DNA of 64,000 nucleotides from Escherichia phage EC128: the sequence record ON210139.1; one strand, written 5' to 3'. Under the pieces are notes generated by a model, which did not search any database, was not told the DNA's origin, and saw nothing but the letters and a program-made list of their open reading frames with translations. Made by a program: the position numbers and the translations under genes. Each line of letters opens with the position of its first letter. Within the stretch, counting starts at the first letter, position 1. This document shows positions 50,070 through 58,528 of this stretch, in pieces.

Positions 50070-50264
50070 ATGCTGACACACGAACAGTTTGAAAAAATCA
50101 TTAAATTAGCACGTGATGTTGAAATAGATTCATATCAATTAGCAGTTGAGCATTGTGAAGGATATTCATACGAAGGTATAGCAGCAGCTAAAAGAGATTT
50201 GGATGAATCTAAAGCTAAGTTAGTTCAATATCTTGAAATGATTAGGTGGAATAATGAAAACTGA
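50070..50264 (+). CDS. Hypothetical protein
   Basis: 64 aa ORF. Confidence 0.45.
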   Translation: MLTHEQFEKIIKLARDVEIDSYQLAVEHCEGYSYEGIAAAKRDLDESKAKLVQYLEMIRWNNEN

Positions 50265-50427
50265 AAAGCAGATGTTTTTAATGAAGCTAATTGAAGAATA
50301 TGCTAATGCAGTTTCTGACTATGAGTGTTCTTCTCGTGAAAGGGGTATAGCTTTCGCAAAGGAAGAAATGAAAATCATGGTTGATGCTCATACAAAGCTT
50401 CAGAATTTTATCGAAAACGTCATTTAA
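50254..50427 (+). CDS. Hypothetical small protein
   Basis: 57 aa ORF (below track cut-off). Confidence 0.35.
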   Translation: MKTEKQMFLMKLIEEYANAVSDYECSSRERGIAFAKEEMKIMVDAHTKLQNFIENVI

Positions 50428-50429
50428 TG

Positions 50430-50472
50430 GTTTACAAGTTGGCAAGGTTATGGTATAGTAATCTTGTCAACT
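50430..50472 (+). promoter_or_regulatory. Early promoter inside a stem-loop (PeSL-like)
   Basis: -35 GTTTACA, -10 TGGTATAGT flanked by the imperfect inverted repeat AGTTGGCAAG...CTTGTCAACT. Confidence 0.6.
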
Positions 50473-50487
50473 GCCAAGGAGAAGAGA

Positions 50488-50592
50488 ATGAAAGTTTTGT
50501 TTGTTGTGTATGTGATGATTCAATATAATTACCCAATGTTTACTTATAATCTGGTGAACAACATTATTGATATTATTCAAAGGAGTATGTAA
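50488..50592 (+). CDS. Short hydrophobic peptide
   Basis: 34-codon ORF MKVLFVVYVMIQYNYPMF... after a GAGAAGAGA RBS. Confidence 0.25.
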   Translation: MKVLFVVYVMIQYNYPMFTYNLVNNIIDIIQRSM

Positions 50593-50777
50593 TGACAAGT
50601 GAGCAGGCTTTTAAATTAAGAGAATTAATTGAGACGTATAGTAAAGCTGTTCATACATCAACAATTATTGATGAATCAGCTTTCTCCGGACATGCTAACA
50701 AGATTAAATACAAAACTCTTATGGAAGAAGCTAAAGTAAATCTTGATTCTTATATTGAAACTTTAATTGGTAAATAA
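50592..50777 (+). CDS. Hypothetical protein
   Basis: 61 aa ORF with AAGGAG RBS. Confidence 0.45.
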   Translation: MTSEQAFKLRELIETYSKAVHTSTIIDESAFSGHANKIKYKTLMEEAKVNLDSYIETLIGK

Positions 50778-50778
50778 T

Positions 50779-50928
50779 ATGAAAGCTGTAATTGAAACAA
50801 CTGATTTGTTCGGTGACCTAGTTATCGAAAAACGCGGTAATGTATACGTTCTGACGCAGGAAGACGATAGTATTACTATTCTTCCTATGGAACTGGCTGC
50901 GATTTTATCTTATGCTCCCTCAAACTAA
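50779..50928 (+). CDS. Hypothetical small protein
   Basis: 49 aa ORF (below track cut-off). Confidence 0.3.
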   Translation: MKAVIETTDLFGDLVIEKRGNVYVLTQEDDSITILPMELAAILSYAPSN

Positions 50929-51307
50929 TATTACAGGTGACCTCCAAGTTCGTTTTTATCGTGGCCTTTACGGCGGTAATATTGAAACTGAATTTATGTG
51001 TCTTTCTATCAACAATTGGGCAACATTCGTTGCCAAGGTGAAAGAATTCTTAGAATCTGAAACAGTCGAAACACCCGAAAAGGCTAAACTTCAATGGGCT
51101 AAAGATCGCGGTGCTAACATTATTAATCCAGTAGCTGCAAACTATACTACGACTTTGGATGTCAAGACTTCTTATGAAGATGGCGATGTCGTACTTGTTC
51201 GCCAAAATGATGATTCTCGAGCACATATTGTCACATTTACCAAAGACGAAGCTATTGCGCTAAAGACTTATCTTGATTCTGTCATTCCAACTATGATTTC
51301 AAAGTGA
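50912..51307 (+). CDS. Hypothetical protein
   Basis: 131 aa ORF; start uncertain, no clear RBS. Confidence 0.4.
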   Translation: MLPQTNITGDLQVRFYRGLYGGNIETEFMCLSINNWATFVAKVKEFLESETVETPEKAKLQWAKDRGANIINPVAANYTTTLDVKTSYEDGDVVLVRQNDDSRAHIVTFTKDEAIALKTYLDSVIPTMISK

Positions 51308-51313
51308 GGAAAT

Positions 51314-51841
51314 ATGTTTATTTCAAGTGGAAGTGGTTTAATTCGTGTTGAATTTAAAAATGACATCTTTCTTATTCAAGGAGATGATATTATTAAAATG
51401 AGTTATGACGAAATCAAGAAAATTTGTCATGCTCTTGAAAGTCATGGAAAAGTGAACGCTGTTATTGATATTGGCGATTTATGGGTGACACTTTATGAAG
51501 TATCCGAAGGATTTAACATTGAAGATGAAAATAACATTTTAGCTATTGATAAAAGAAGTGATTTGTTTGATGTATTAAAAGTTTATGAACAGTCAAATGG
51601 CGGAAGAAAAGCTGCATTGATTTATCAAAAACCACATTCATGTGGAACTGCTTCAATCATTTCAAATATTGAAGATGAAGATGAAGTTGATACTTATATG
51701 TGTGTTTTAAAAGCTGGTGGTGACCGTCATCCGGATTTTATTTCTATTCGTCAAAACAATGGAGAAATTTCATTATCAAAATCAGAAGCTGAAGCTATGA
51801 TTAAGTATTTAACAACTGTTACGCCTTCAATGAAAGGATAA
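51314..51841 (+). CDS. Hypothetical protein
   Basis: 175 aa ORF with GAGGA RBS. Confidence 0.5.
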   Translation: MFISSGSGLIRVEFKNDIFLIQGDDIIKMSYDEIKKICHALESHGKVNAVIDIGDLWVTLYEVSEGFNIEDENNILAIDKRSDLFDVLKVYEQSNGGRKAALIYQKPHSCGTASIISNIEDEDEVDTYMCVLKAGGDRHPDFISIRQNNGEISLSKSEAEAMIKYLTTVTPSMKG

Positions 51842-51843
51842 TT

Positions 51844-52305
51844 ATGATTATTAATGAAAACTCTTGGCACTATAAATTATTCAAATTGTTTAACGATGAA
51901 TGGCAACGACCTAAGACACTATGCGCATATTTTTGGTCTATTGCTATTCCTACATTTTTCGTTTCTATTTTTGGATGTGCTATACTCGTAGGGCTAACAA
52001 TTATTTGCGCAGAAAGCCTACAGCGTTGGCTTATTTTTGGTAGTTTATGGACTTTGCTTCCATCAGCATTTATACTTGCGCTTTTGGTTGTTTTACTTAT
52101 TATCGGTTCATTTGTTATTCCTGCACATTTGCGTGAAAAATATAAAGATTATAAATGGAAAAAGGATTATGCTTTACACGTAGAAAATATTGATAGGGCG
52201 TATAAAGGTTTACCTCCTATTCAACCAAAGAAATCGATTATCGTTGAATTTTTAAAAGCTCGTAAAGCTAAAGTATGTCCTGTTATTGAATATAAGGCTG
52301 AATGA
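51844..52305 (+). CDS. Integral membrane protein (two to three TM helices)
   Basis: 153 aa ORF with hydrophobic helices FWSIAIPTFFVSIFGCAILVGLTIICA and LWTLLPSAFILALLVVLLIIGSFVIP. Confidence 0.55.
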   Translation: MIINENSWHYKLFKLFNDEWQRPKTLCAYFWSIAIPTFFVSIFGCAILVGLTIICAESLQRWLIFGSLWTLLPSAFILALLVVLLIIGSFVIPAHLREKYKDYKWKKDYALHVENIDRAYKGLPPIQPKKSIIVEFLKARKAKVCPVIEYKAE

Positions 52306-53315
52306 TGAAAACAGTAATGAAAAGTTATTTTGGCAGTCATCTTTATGGAACTTCTACTCCAGAATCTGATGTAGATTTTAAAGAAATCTTTGTTCCTCCT
52401 GCTCGCGATATTCTTATCGGAAGTGTCAAAGAGCACATGAGTAAAAACACTAACAACACATCATCTAAAAACACTAAAGATGATATTGACCATGAACTAT
52501 ACAGTCTTAAATATTTCTTTAAATTAGCAGCAGATGGTGAAACTGTAGCATTGGATATGCTTCACACTCCACCTGAACTAGTGGTTAAATCTGATTTGCC
52601 TGATGTGTGGAAGTTTATTCAAGACAACCGTTCTCGTTTTTATACGACTAACATGAAATCATATTTAGGATATGTCCGCAAGCAAGCTTCTAAATACGGT
52701 GTCAAGGGTTCTCGTTTGGCTGCATTACGTGATGTATTGAAAGTAGTTAATCAAATCCCTGAGCAATGGATTGATTACCAAGAAGATGGTTCTATTAAGC
52801 AGCGTCGCACTAAAGTTGAAGATATTAAGCATCGTCTTCCAGAAAACGAATTCTGTGAATGGGTGTTCCATAATCATGAGAAAACAGGCCCACAAACGTT
52901 CTACACTGTGTTGGGTCGTAAATATCAGACAACTCTTTCTCTTATTGAGCTTAAGCAGTCACTGAACAAATTAGATGCTGAATACGGTGAACGTGCTCGT
53001 AAGGCCGAAGCCAATGAAGGTATTGACTGGAAAGCTCTGAGCCATGCCTGCCGTGGTGGACTTCAACTATTGGAAATTTACAAAACTGGCGACTTGATTT
53101 ATCCACTCCAAGATGCTCCATTTATTCTCGACGTGAAGTTGGGTAAACATCCATTTAAAACAGTTCAAGAGTTTTTGGAAGATGTGGTCGATCAAGTAGA
53201 AGCAGCATCTACTGAAGCTTCTAAGAACGGTATGCCTAAAACAGTAGACATGAGTTTCTGGGATGACTTCCTTGAGAAGGTCTATCTTGAAAACCACCGA
53301 AGTTATTATAAATGA
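52302..53315 (+). CDS. Nucleotidyltransferase-fold protein (Pol-beta-like NTase)
   Basis: N-terminal YFGSHLYGTSTPESDVDFKEIFV fits the NTase G[GS]-x9-13-D-x-[DE] motif; a candidate third acidic residue in ETVALDMLH. Confidence 0.6.
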   Translation: MMKTVMKSYFGSHLYGTSTPESDVDFKEIFVPPARDILIGSVKEHMSKNTNNTSSKNTKDDIDHELYSLKYFFKLAADGETVALDMLHTPPELVVKSDLPDVWKFIQDNRSRFYTTNMKSYLGYVRKQASKYGVKGSRLAALRDVLKVVNQIPEQWIDYQEDGSIKQRRTKVEDIKHRLPENEFCEWVFHNHEKTGPQTFYTVLGRKYQTTLSLIELKQSLNKLDAEYGERARKAEANEGIDWKALSHACRGGLQLLEIYKTGDLIYPLQDAPFILDVKLGKHPFKTVQEFLEDVVDQVEAASTEASKNGMPKTVDMSFWDDFLEKVYLENHRSYYK

Positions 53316-53317
53316 TA

Positions 53318-53343
53318 GGGAGCCTTCGGGCTCCCTTTTTTTA
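53318..53343 (+). terminator. Rho-independent terminator
   Basis: GGGAGCC-ttcg-GGCTCCC hairpin followed by TTTTTTT. Confidence 0.8.
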
Positions 53344-53366
53344 TTTCAAAAATTTTTCACAAAACG

Positions 53367-53400
53367 GTTTACAAGCATAAAGCTTTATGGTACTATACAA
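53367..53400 (+). promoter_or_regulatory. Early promoter (PeSL-like module with conserved leader)
   Basis: -35 GTTTACA, -10 TGGTACTAT, and the leader GGTACTATACAACTATCAACTACTGATACAGA shared with the module at 38611. Confidence 0.6.
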
Positions 53401-53433
53401 CTATCAACTACTGATACAGATTTGGAGAATAAA

Positions 53434-54402
53434 ATGAAAACTGTAACTATCAATAAGGGTATCTACTTCGGTAAAGAAATCTCTGGAACTTTTGAGCTCT
53501 TAGGTGAATGGTTCCCAGATAATGCTCCGGTAGATGCACAAGGAGATGGTAAAGTTTTTGTTGAAATTGACGGTAAGCGTCGCGGTGTTTGGGTTTACAA
53601 ATCAGACATTTCATATGATGGTGTAAAAGTTGAAGAAGTTAAAGAATCATATGAAGATATGAAAACCCGCATTAATAAAAGATTTAATGTTATGGGAATG
53701 ATGACGAATGGTATTATTAACGGAAACATTCGTTCATTAATTATCTCTGGTGCGGCGGGTATTGGTAAAACGTATTCTTTAGATAAAGCTTTGAATAAAG
53801 CAAATGATAATGGATACATTGAATATAAAAGCATTAACGGTAAAATCTCCGGTATCGGTCTTTATGAACAACTTTGGAATAATCGTGAAGAGAATTCTGT
53901 CCTTTTGATTGATGATGTGGATGTTTTCTCTGATATGGACATTCTTAATCTTCTGAAAGCTGCTCTGGACACTGGAGAGACCCGTAAAGTCTGCTGGAGC
54001 ACTGCATCTTCTTACTTAGAAGAAAAAGGCATTGAGCGTGAGTTTGAATTTAAAGGAACGATTGTTTTTATCACAAACGTTGACATTGACCGCGAATTAG
54101 ACCGTGGTACTAAACTTGCTCCACATTTACAAGCATTAGTGTCCCGCTCAGTTTATTTAGATTTGGGTGTTCACACTAATGAAGAAATTATGGTCAGGGT
54201 TGAAGATGTTATTCTTTCAACTGACATGATGCAAAAGCGCGGTCTTTCTGATGAAGAAACTTATAAAGCATTATCATGGATGAAAGTCAATGTTAATCGT
54301 TTACGCAATGTTTCACTGCGTACTGCTCTTTATCTTGCTGACTTTATTATGACCGACAAAAACGGTTGGGAAGAAATCGCTGAAACAGTATTATTAAAAT
54401 GA
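53434..54402 (+). CDS. AAA+ ATPase
   Basis: Start at MKTVTINKG after a GGAG RBS (track ORF starts upstream); Walker A GAAGIGKT, Walker B VLLIDDVD, sensor-like FITNV. Confidence 0.65.
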   Translation: MKTVTINKGIYFGKEISGTFELLGEWFPDNAPVDAQGDGKVFVEIDGKRRGVWVYKSDISYDGVKVEEVKESYEDMKTRINKRFNVMGMMTNGIINGNIRSLIISGAAGIGKTYSLDKALNKANDNGYIEYKSINGKISGIGLYEQLWNNREENSVLLIDDVDVFSDMDILNLLKAALDTGETRKVCWSTASSYLEEKGIEREFEFKGTIVFITNVDIDRELDRGTKLAPHLQALVSRSVYLDLGVHTNEEIMVRVEDVILSTDMMQKRGLSDEETYKALSWMKVNVNRLRNVSLRTALYLADFIMTDKNGWEEIAETVLLK

Positions 54403-55118
54403 AAAAATATTTTACTATCTATAAAACTGAAATATTAAATTTAAAGACAGGTATTAAGAAATACTATTATGGTCGACATATAACTAATAATATCAATGAT
54501 TCGTATGTTGGTAGTGGAAATTATATAGAACGTGTAAAAGTGTCAAATGACCACATATTATCAAAAACGGTTTTAGAAGTTTTTGATAATTATGATAAAA
54601 TGGTACAAGCTGAAATATTATATATCATGGCAGGTAAATTGAAATATGGGAAAAACTGTGTTAACCTGTCATACGGGGGTGAAGGAGGAAAGGTTGCAGA
54701 TGAAACTAGGATAAAATGCAAAAAGCATTCTATAAATTTATGGAAAAATCCTAATCATATACAGCATATGAAGAAAAAGATGAAAGAGGTCACATCCACG
54801 CCGGAAGCTAAATTAAACACTTCAATAAAAACTTCGCAACGATATAAGGACCCGGTTTTTGTTAGAAAAGTTAGTAATATTATTAAAAAGAAACTAAGCA
54901 ATCCTGTAGTAAAAGAAAAGCATATTAATGGAATTAAAGCTGCAAAGCGTTCTCATTTAACTATATGGCAGTATGAAGATGAATTATTCGAGCTCTGGAA
55001 AGAAACTAAATGTGGATGGAGAAAATTTACAAAGGAAGCTATAAAACACGGATATCCAAATGAACCGTATCGTAGTATGGTATCAACTTTTCAGAAAAGA
55101 CATTTAGAAGAATCCTAA
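54399..55118 (+). CDS. Seg-like GIY-YIG homing endonuclease
   Basis: N-terminus YFTIYKTEILNLKTGIKKYYYGRH plus VGSG...NLSYGGEGG aligns with the SegB ORF at 36835 (YTYKIT..IYIGVHS, MGSG..NLKLGGEGG). Confidence 0.75.
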   Translation: MKKYFTIYKTEILNLKTGIKKYYYGRHITNNINDSYVGSGNYIERVKVSNDHILSKTVLEVFDNYDKMVQAEILYIMAGKLKYGKNCVNLSYGGEGGKVADETRIKCKKHSINLWKNPNHIQHMKKKMKEVTSTPEAKLNTSIKTSQRYKDPVFVRKVSNIIKKKLSNPVVKEKHINGIKAAKRSHLTIWQYEDELFELWKETKCGWRKFTKEAIKHGYPNEPYRSMVSTFQKRHLEES

Positions 55119-55200
55119 GACAAAAAGGCAGTTCAGAAATAGATTATATGGACTGCCATTAAAAAGATGACTAGAATTAAACTGGTGAATGGAGGTAGTG

Positions 55201-55503
55201 ATGTTATACTCAAAGGCTCGTGAAATTTACGAAACTAAGATTAAAGAAGCTGTATTTCAGTTCGCAACGACAATGCGATGGACAAATGATTGGGAGTATT
55301 CAAAAAATCATAAGAAGCCCATGGTGACAAGAAAGGCTCATATGTTAGTGTTAATAGACCGTGAGCAGATTAAAGCCCGAGAAGCCCTCCAGAATCATAA
55401 AAAGGCTGCCTTTGAATGGTTTATGGATAACACTGCTCCTGAGACTAAGAAAGCGGTAAGCGCGTGGTTCAGTGGAAAAAATTGTGAAAGAAGTTTCTTT
55501 TAG
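55201..55503 (+). CDS. Hypothetical protein
   Basis: About 100 aa from the ATG after a GGAGG RBS (track start 55189). Confidence 0.45.
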   Translation: MLYSKAREIYETKIKEAVFQFATTMRWTNDWEYSKNHKKPMVTRKAHMLVLIDREQIKAREALQNHKKAAFEWFMDNTAPETKKAVSAWFSGKNCERSFF

Positions 55504-55505
55504 TG

Positions 55506-55540
55506 GTTTACAAGACCGTTCCTCTGTGGTACTATACAAC
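55506..55540 (+). promoter_or_regulatory. Early promoter (PeSL-like module with conserved leader)
   Basis: -35 GTTTACA, -10 TGGTACTAT and leader GGTACTATACAACTATCAACTAC. Confidence 0.6.
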
Positions 55541-55563
55541 TATCAACTACGGAGGAACAGAAA

Positions 55564-56091
55564 ATGAACGCTAAAGATATTTTCAACCTGGTAAATTACA
55601 ACGATGGTAAATTTAAATCAGAAGCACAAAGCAAGTTCTTTAATGACATCTCAATCGGAGGTGAAATCACTGTTAATGGAGGACAAATTTACAAATCCCG
55701 TTGGAATTGGATCGTTATTATCGATGAGATTGGTATTGTAGAAATTTACAAGAATACGAATAAAAATCGTACATTACACTGGTCTCGTGATACTAACGAA
55801 CAGTACAAAAAGGATAAAGCATCTAAATTATCTCGTGTAACTCAAGAAGATATTGAGTTCATCAAGAAAGATATTTTAATGTATGATAACTTAATTGCTG
55901 AAGAGCAAGCTGTTATTGATAAATTTGACGAAATTAAAGCTTCTCGTGAAATTCCTGATTTTATGAAAGAATCAGTAAATGAACGATACTCTCTCATTTC
56001 AGAGCGTATTGAAACTTACAAAAAGCAAAGAGCTGAACGCCAAAATACTCTTCGGAAGTTTGAAGAACGGTTAAAGACGGTACTCGCATAA
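55564..56091 (+). CDS. Hypothetical protein with C-terminal coiled coil
   Basis: 175 aa ORF with GGAGG RBS. Confidence 0.5.
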   Translation: MNAKDIFNLVNYNDGKFKSEAQSKFFNDISIGGEITVNGGQIYKSRWNWIVIIDEIGIVEIYKNTNKNRTLHWSRDTNEQYKKDKASKLSRVTQEDIEFIKKDILMYDNLIAEEQAVIDKFDEIKASREIPDFMKESVNERYSLISERIETYKKQRAERQNTLRKFEERLKTVLA

Positions 56092-56092
56092 C

Positions 56093-56117
56093 TGCTTTAT
56101 ACCAAGGATGGTATAAT
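56093..56117 (+). promoter_or_regulatory. Candidate MotA-dependent middle promoter
   Basis: TGCTTTA (MotA-box-like) 12 nt upstream of -10 TATAAT with TG extension. Confidence 0.4.
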
Positions 56118-56146
56118 GGTTCTAAGCCCTTTTAATTGAGATTATT

Positions 56147-56548
56147 ATGAAACAGTTGATAATTAAAAGATTGAATTTATTGATATGTTGTTTATGTATA
56201 GTAATTGCATATGGTTATTATGCTATTAATGATTATATGCATTATAAAGATTATGATGTTACTGTAGTTAATACCCTTACAGGAACTCAAGGAAAGGGGT
56301 CTAGTTTATCGTTTATTGCTGTATATGAACTAAATGACGGTTATAGATTTAGTGAATATATTTCACCAGAGATGTATTCTTCAATAGAAAAAGGCGATAA
56401 TATTACTGTAAGTTTACGTCCTTTCGACGTAAAACAGACATGGTTTGATAATATTGTTTGGTTCTTTGGAATGGTATTAGTTCAATCTGTGTGTGGTGCT
56501 TATATAGTCTTTTCAATCTTATTCTGTGTATTTAGTAAAATTGAGTGA
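56147..56548 (+). CDS. Membrane protein (N- and C-terminal TM helices)
   Basis: 133 aa ORF with hydrophobic helices LNLLICCLCIVIAYGYYAI and IVWFFGMVLVQSVCGAYIVFSILFCVF. Confidence 0.5.
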   Translation: MKQLIIKRLNLLICCLCIVIAYGYYAINDYMHYKDYDVTVVNTLTGTQGKGSSLSFIAVYELNDGYRFSEYISPEMYSSIEKGDNITVSLRPFDVKQTWFDNIVWFFGMVLVQSVCGAYIVFSILFCVFSKIE

Positions 56549-56555
56549 GGAAAAT

Positions 56556-57443
56556 ATGTCAGCGGTAATTAATAATGTCAATGCAGTAATTAAATCTTTA
56601 GTTAATAAAAAATCAAATGAATGGACTGTACTTCAACGCGACAAGTCAGATAAATTTTTTCATAAATTTAACCCAGTACTAAATTTAAATGTTATTGATA
56701 AAGATGTTCACGCCGAAATTTTAGATAAGTTTAAAGTTGATATTGGATTTGGATTAGAAAAACATTTACAACGAACAAACGAGTCTGGAATGCTTTTATC
56801 TAATCGCATCATGAAAGCCCTTAATAAAATTGGAGCATTGTCTCGCATTAACGCGAGTGAAATTCTTCGCAATTATAATAAAGGATATGACCTTTATGGC
56901 CGACTAATGCCAAAATTATCATTCGACCAAATGATTGCGGATTTGTGGGAAAATCAACGACGATTATTAGCATTAGGTGCTCGATTAGCTAAAGGTCTAG
57001 ATAAACAAATGATTTTTAAAACTAATAATACAGAAGACCTTAAATGCTTTAAATTTAGTACTCGTGGAGATGATTATTACGTCAGAGCTCACTCTACAGA
57101 TTATGTTAATATGGGGCATCATCTCTGTTTAGCTTTTGAAGTTTTAAAAGAAGCTGGAACATTAGAATATGTGTCTGGTGCTAAATGCCCGATTGGTTCA
57201 AGTTGTATTTTAATTTATCGCCCGGATGAATCCAGTTCATCTAAATTGCCTACAAAACCTGCACCAGTTCGTAGTAACGAAAAACATTCTGAACAAATTG
57301 ATTATTTTAATAAGCAAATTGAAGAGCTGAATATTTCTATTCAACGATATGACGATGAAATTTTCAGACTATCTGGATTGAGTAGTAAAGCTAAATCTGA
57401 ACGTGAAAAATTAATTAAAATTGTTGATTTACTTAAATCTTAA
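56556..57443 (+). CDS. Paralog 1 of a four-member tandem family (globular N-domain plus C-terminal coiled coil)
   Basis: About 295 aa from MSAVINN; shares the central motif L-x3-(R/K)(R/K)-x-L-x3-A-x-L-x-G-x-D and a C-terminal heptad-rich tail with the next three ORFs. Confidence 0.55.
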   Translation: MSAVINNVNAVIKSLVNKKSNEWTVLQRDKSDKFFHKFNPVLNLNVIDKDVHAEILDKFKVDIGFGLEKHLQRTNESGMLLSNRIMKALNKIGALSRINASEILRNYNKGYDLYGRLMPKLSFDQMIADLWENQRRLLALGARLAKGLDKQMIFKTNNTEDLKCFKFSTRGDDYYVRAHSTDYVNMGHHLCLAFEVLKEAGTLEYVSGAKCPIGSSCILIYRPDESSSSKLPTKPAPVRSNEKHSEQIDYFNKQIEELNISIQRYDDEIFRLSGLSSKAKSEREKLIKIVDLLKS

Positions 57444-57451
57444 GGAACACC

Positions 57452-58471
57452 ATGAAAACTCGTTCTCAAATTGAAGATATGGTTCGTAATGCCAGTTATA
57501 CTCGTGATGTTATGACATTTTTGTGCCAAAATAATTTAGACCCTGATAAAGTTAATCGTGATATTCACTTTAAATATCTAAATAGCATTGAATTGTTACG
57601 TCATTTTAGTAAAGCGGGGTATATTACACAAATGACTGCTCGTGAGCAGCTCACCGATTTCTGTAAAACTATTGATTATAAAAATCCTCTATTTGTTCAA
57701 GGCGTTGGTCAGAGTAAGGTCGATTTATCATCTGGATTTTTCAATCCAAATCATTATCGTCTTGAATGGAGATTTATTGCTCTATTCCGTAAACAATTAA
57801 AGCAAATTTTGTCTACTGCTAGTCGATTAAAAGGTTCTGATATTAACTTAAAGAATCTGAAATTTGATGGTTATACTCTTCAAATGGAAGTAAGACCATC
57901 TAAAGAAAATAATAGAACTGCACGAATTAGCTTTAAGCCTAATACTAAAAATTCTCTTTCAATTTGTGAATGCCTTAAATCGCAGTTGACAGAAGCATTT
58001 AAGTATATGGATGTTGTTGCTGCTGTTCAATCTAAGATTTTACCTCGTTTTGAGCGAAATTGGGAACATACAACAACATATGAACTTGATATGATCGTTT
58101 CATTTAAATACGATTTTTTGAGAAAGGACGAAGTCCCGCAAGAGAAAAAGCAAGAAGTGCAAGATAACTTAAATTTATCCAATTACTCATCAAACGATCC
58201 TAAATTTTGGATGTATAGTTCAGGTAATAAAGATGCATGGAAATTCAATAAAGTGAATTTTCTTCCTGTTGAAAATCCGAGTCTTAAACCTGTTGAAAAA
58301 TGGCACGCGGATGCGATTGAGAAGTCTATCAAGGCAGTAGATGATGAACTCGTTAAAGCAACTAATGAAGTGTTAGAAGCTGAAAAGATGTTAGAAAAAG
58401 CTCAAGAAAAAGTCAAAAATCTCGCGAAGCAACGTTCTAAACTGAACAATGCACTAAATGCACTAAACTAG
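57452..58471 (+). CDS. Paralog 2 of the four-member tandem family
   Basis: 339 aa; N-terminus MKTRSQIEDMV like paralog 4; motif FRKQLKQILSTASRLKGSD; C-terminal coiled coil. Confidence 0.55.
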   Translation: MKTRSQIEDMVRNASYTRDVMTFLCQNNLDPDKVNRDIHFKYLNSIELLRHFSKAGYITQMTAREQLTDFCKTIDYKNPLFVQGVGQSKVDLSSGFFNPNHYRLEWRFIALFRKQLKQILSTASRLKGSDINLKNLKFDGYTLQMEVRPSKENNRTARISFKPNTKNSLSICECLKSQLTEAFKYMDVVAAVQSKILPRFERNWEHTTTYELDMIVSFKYDFLRKDEVPQEKKQEVQDNLNLSNYSSNDPKFWMYSSGNKDAWKFNKVNFLPVENPSLKPVEKWHADAIEKSIKAVDDELVKATNEVLEAEKMLEKAQEKVKNLAKQRSKLNNALNALN

Positions 58472-58500
58472 TTTACTTTGCCACAAGGATGTGGTATAAT
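58471..58500 (+). promoter_or_regulatory. Early promoter
   Basis: -35 GTTTAC, extended -10 TGGTATAAT. Confidence 0.6.
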
Positions 58501-58528
58501 GTTCTTACTTTCTACTGAGGAGATTATT

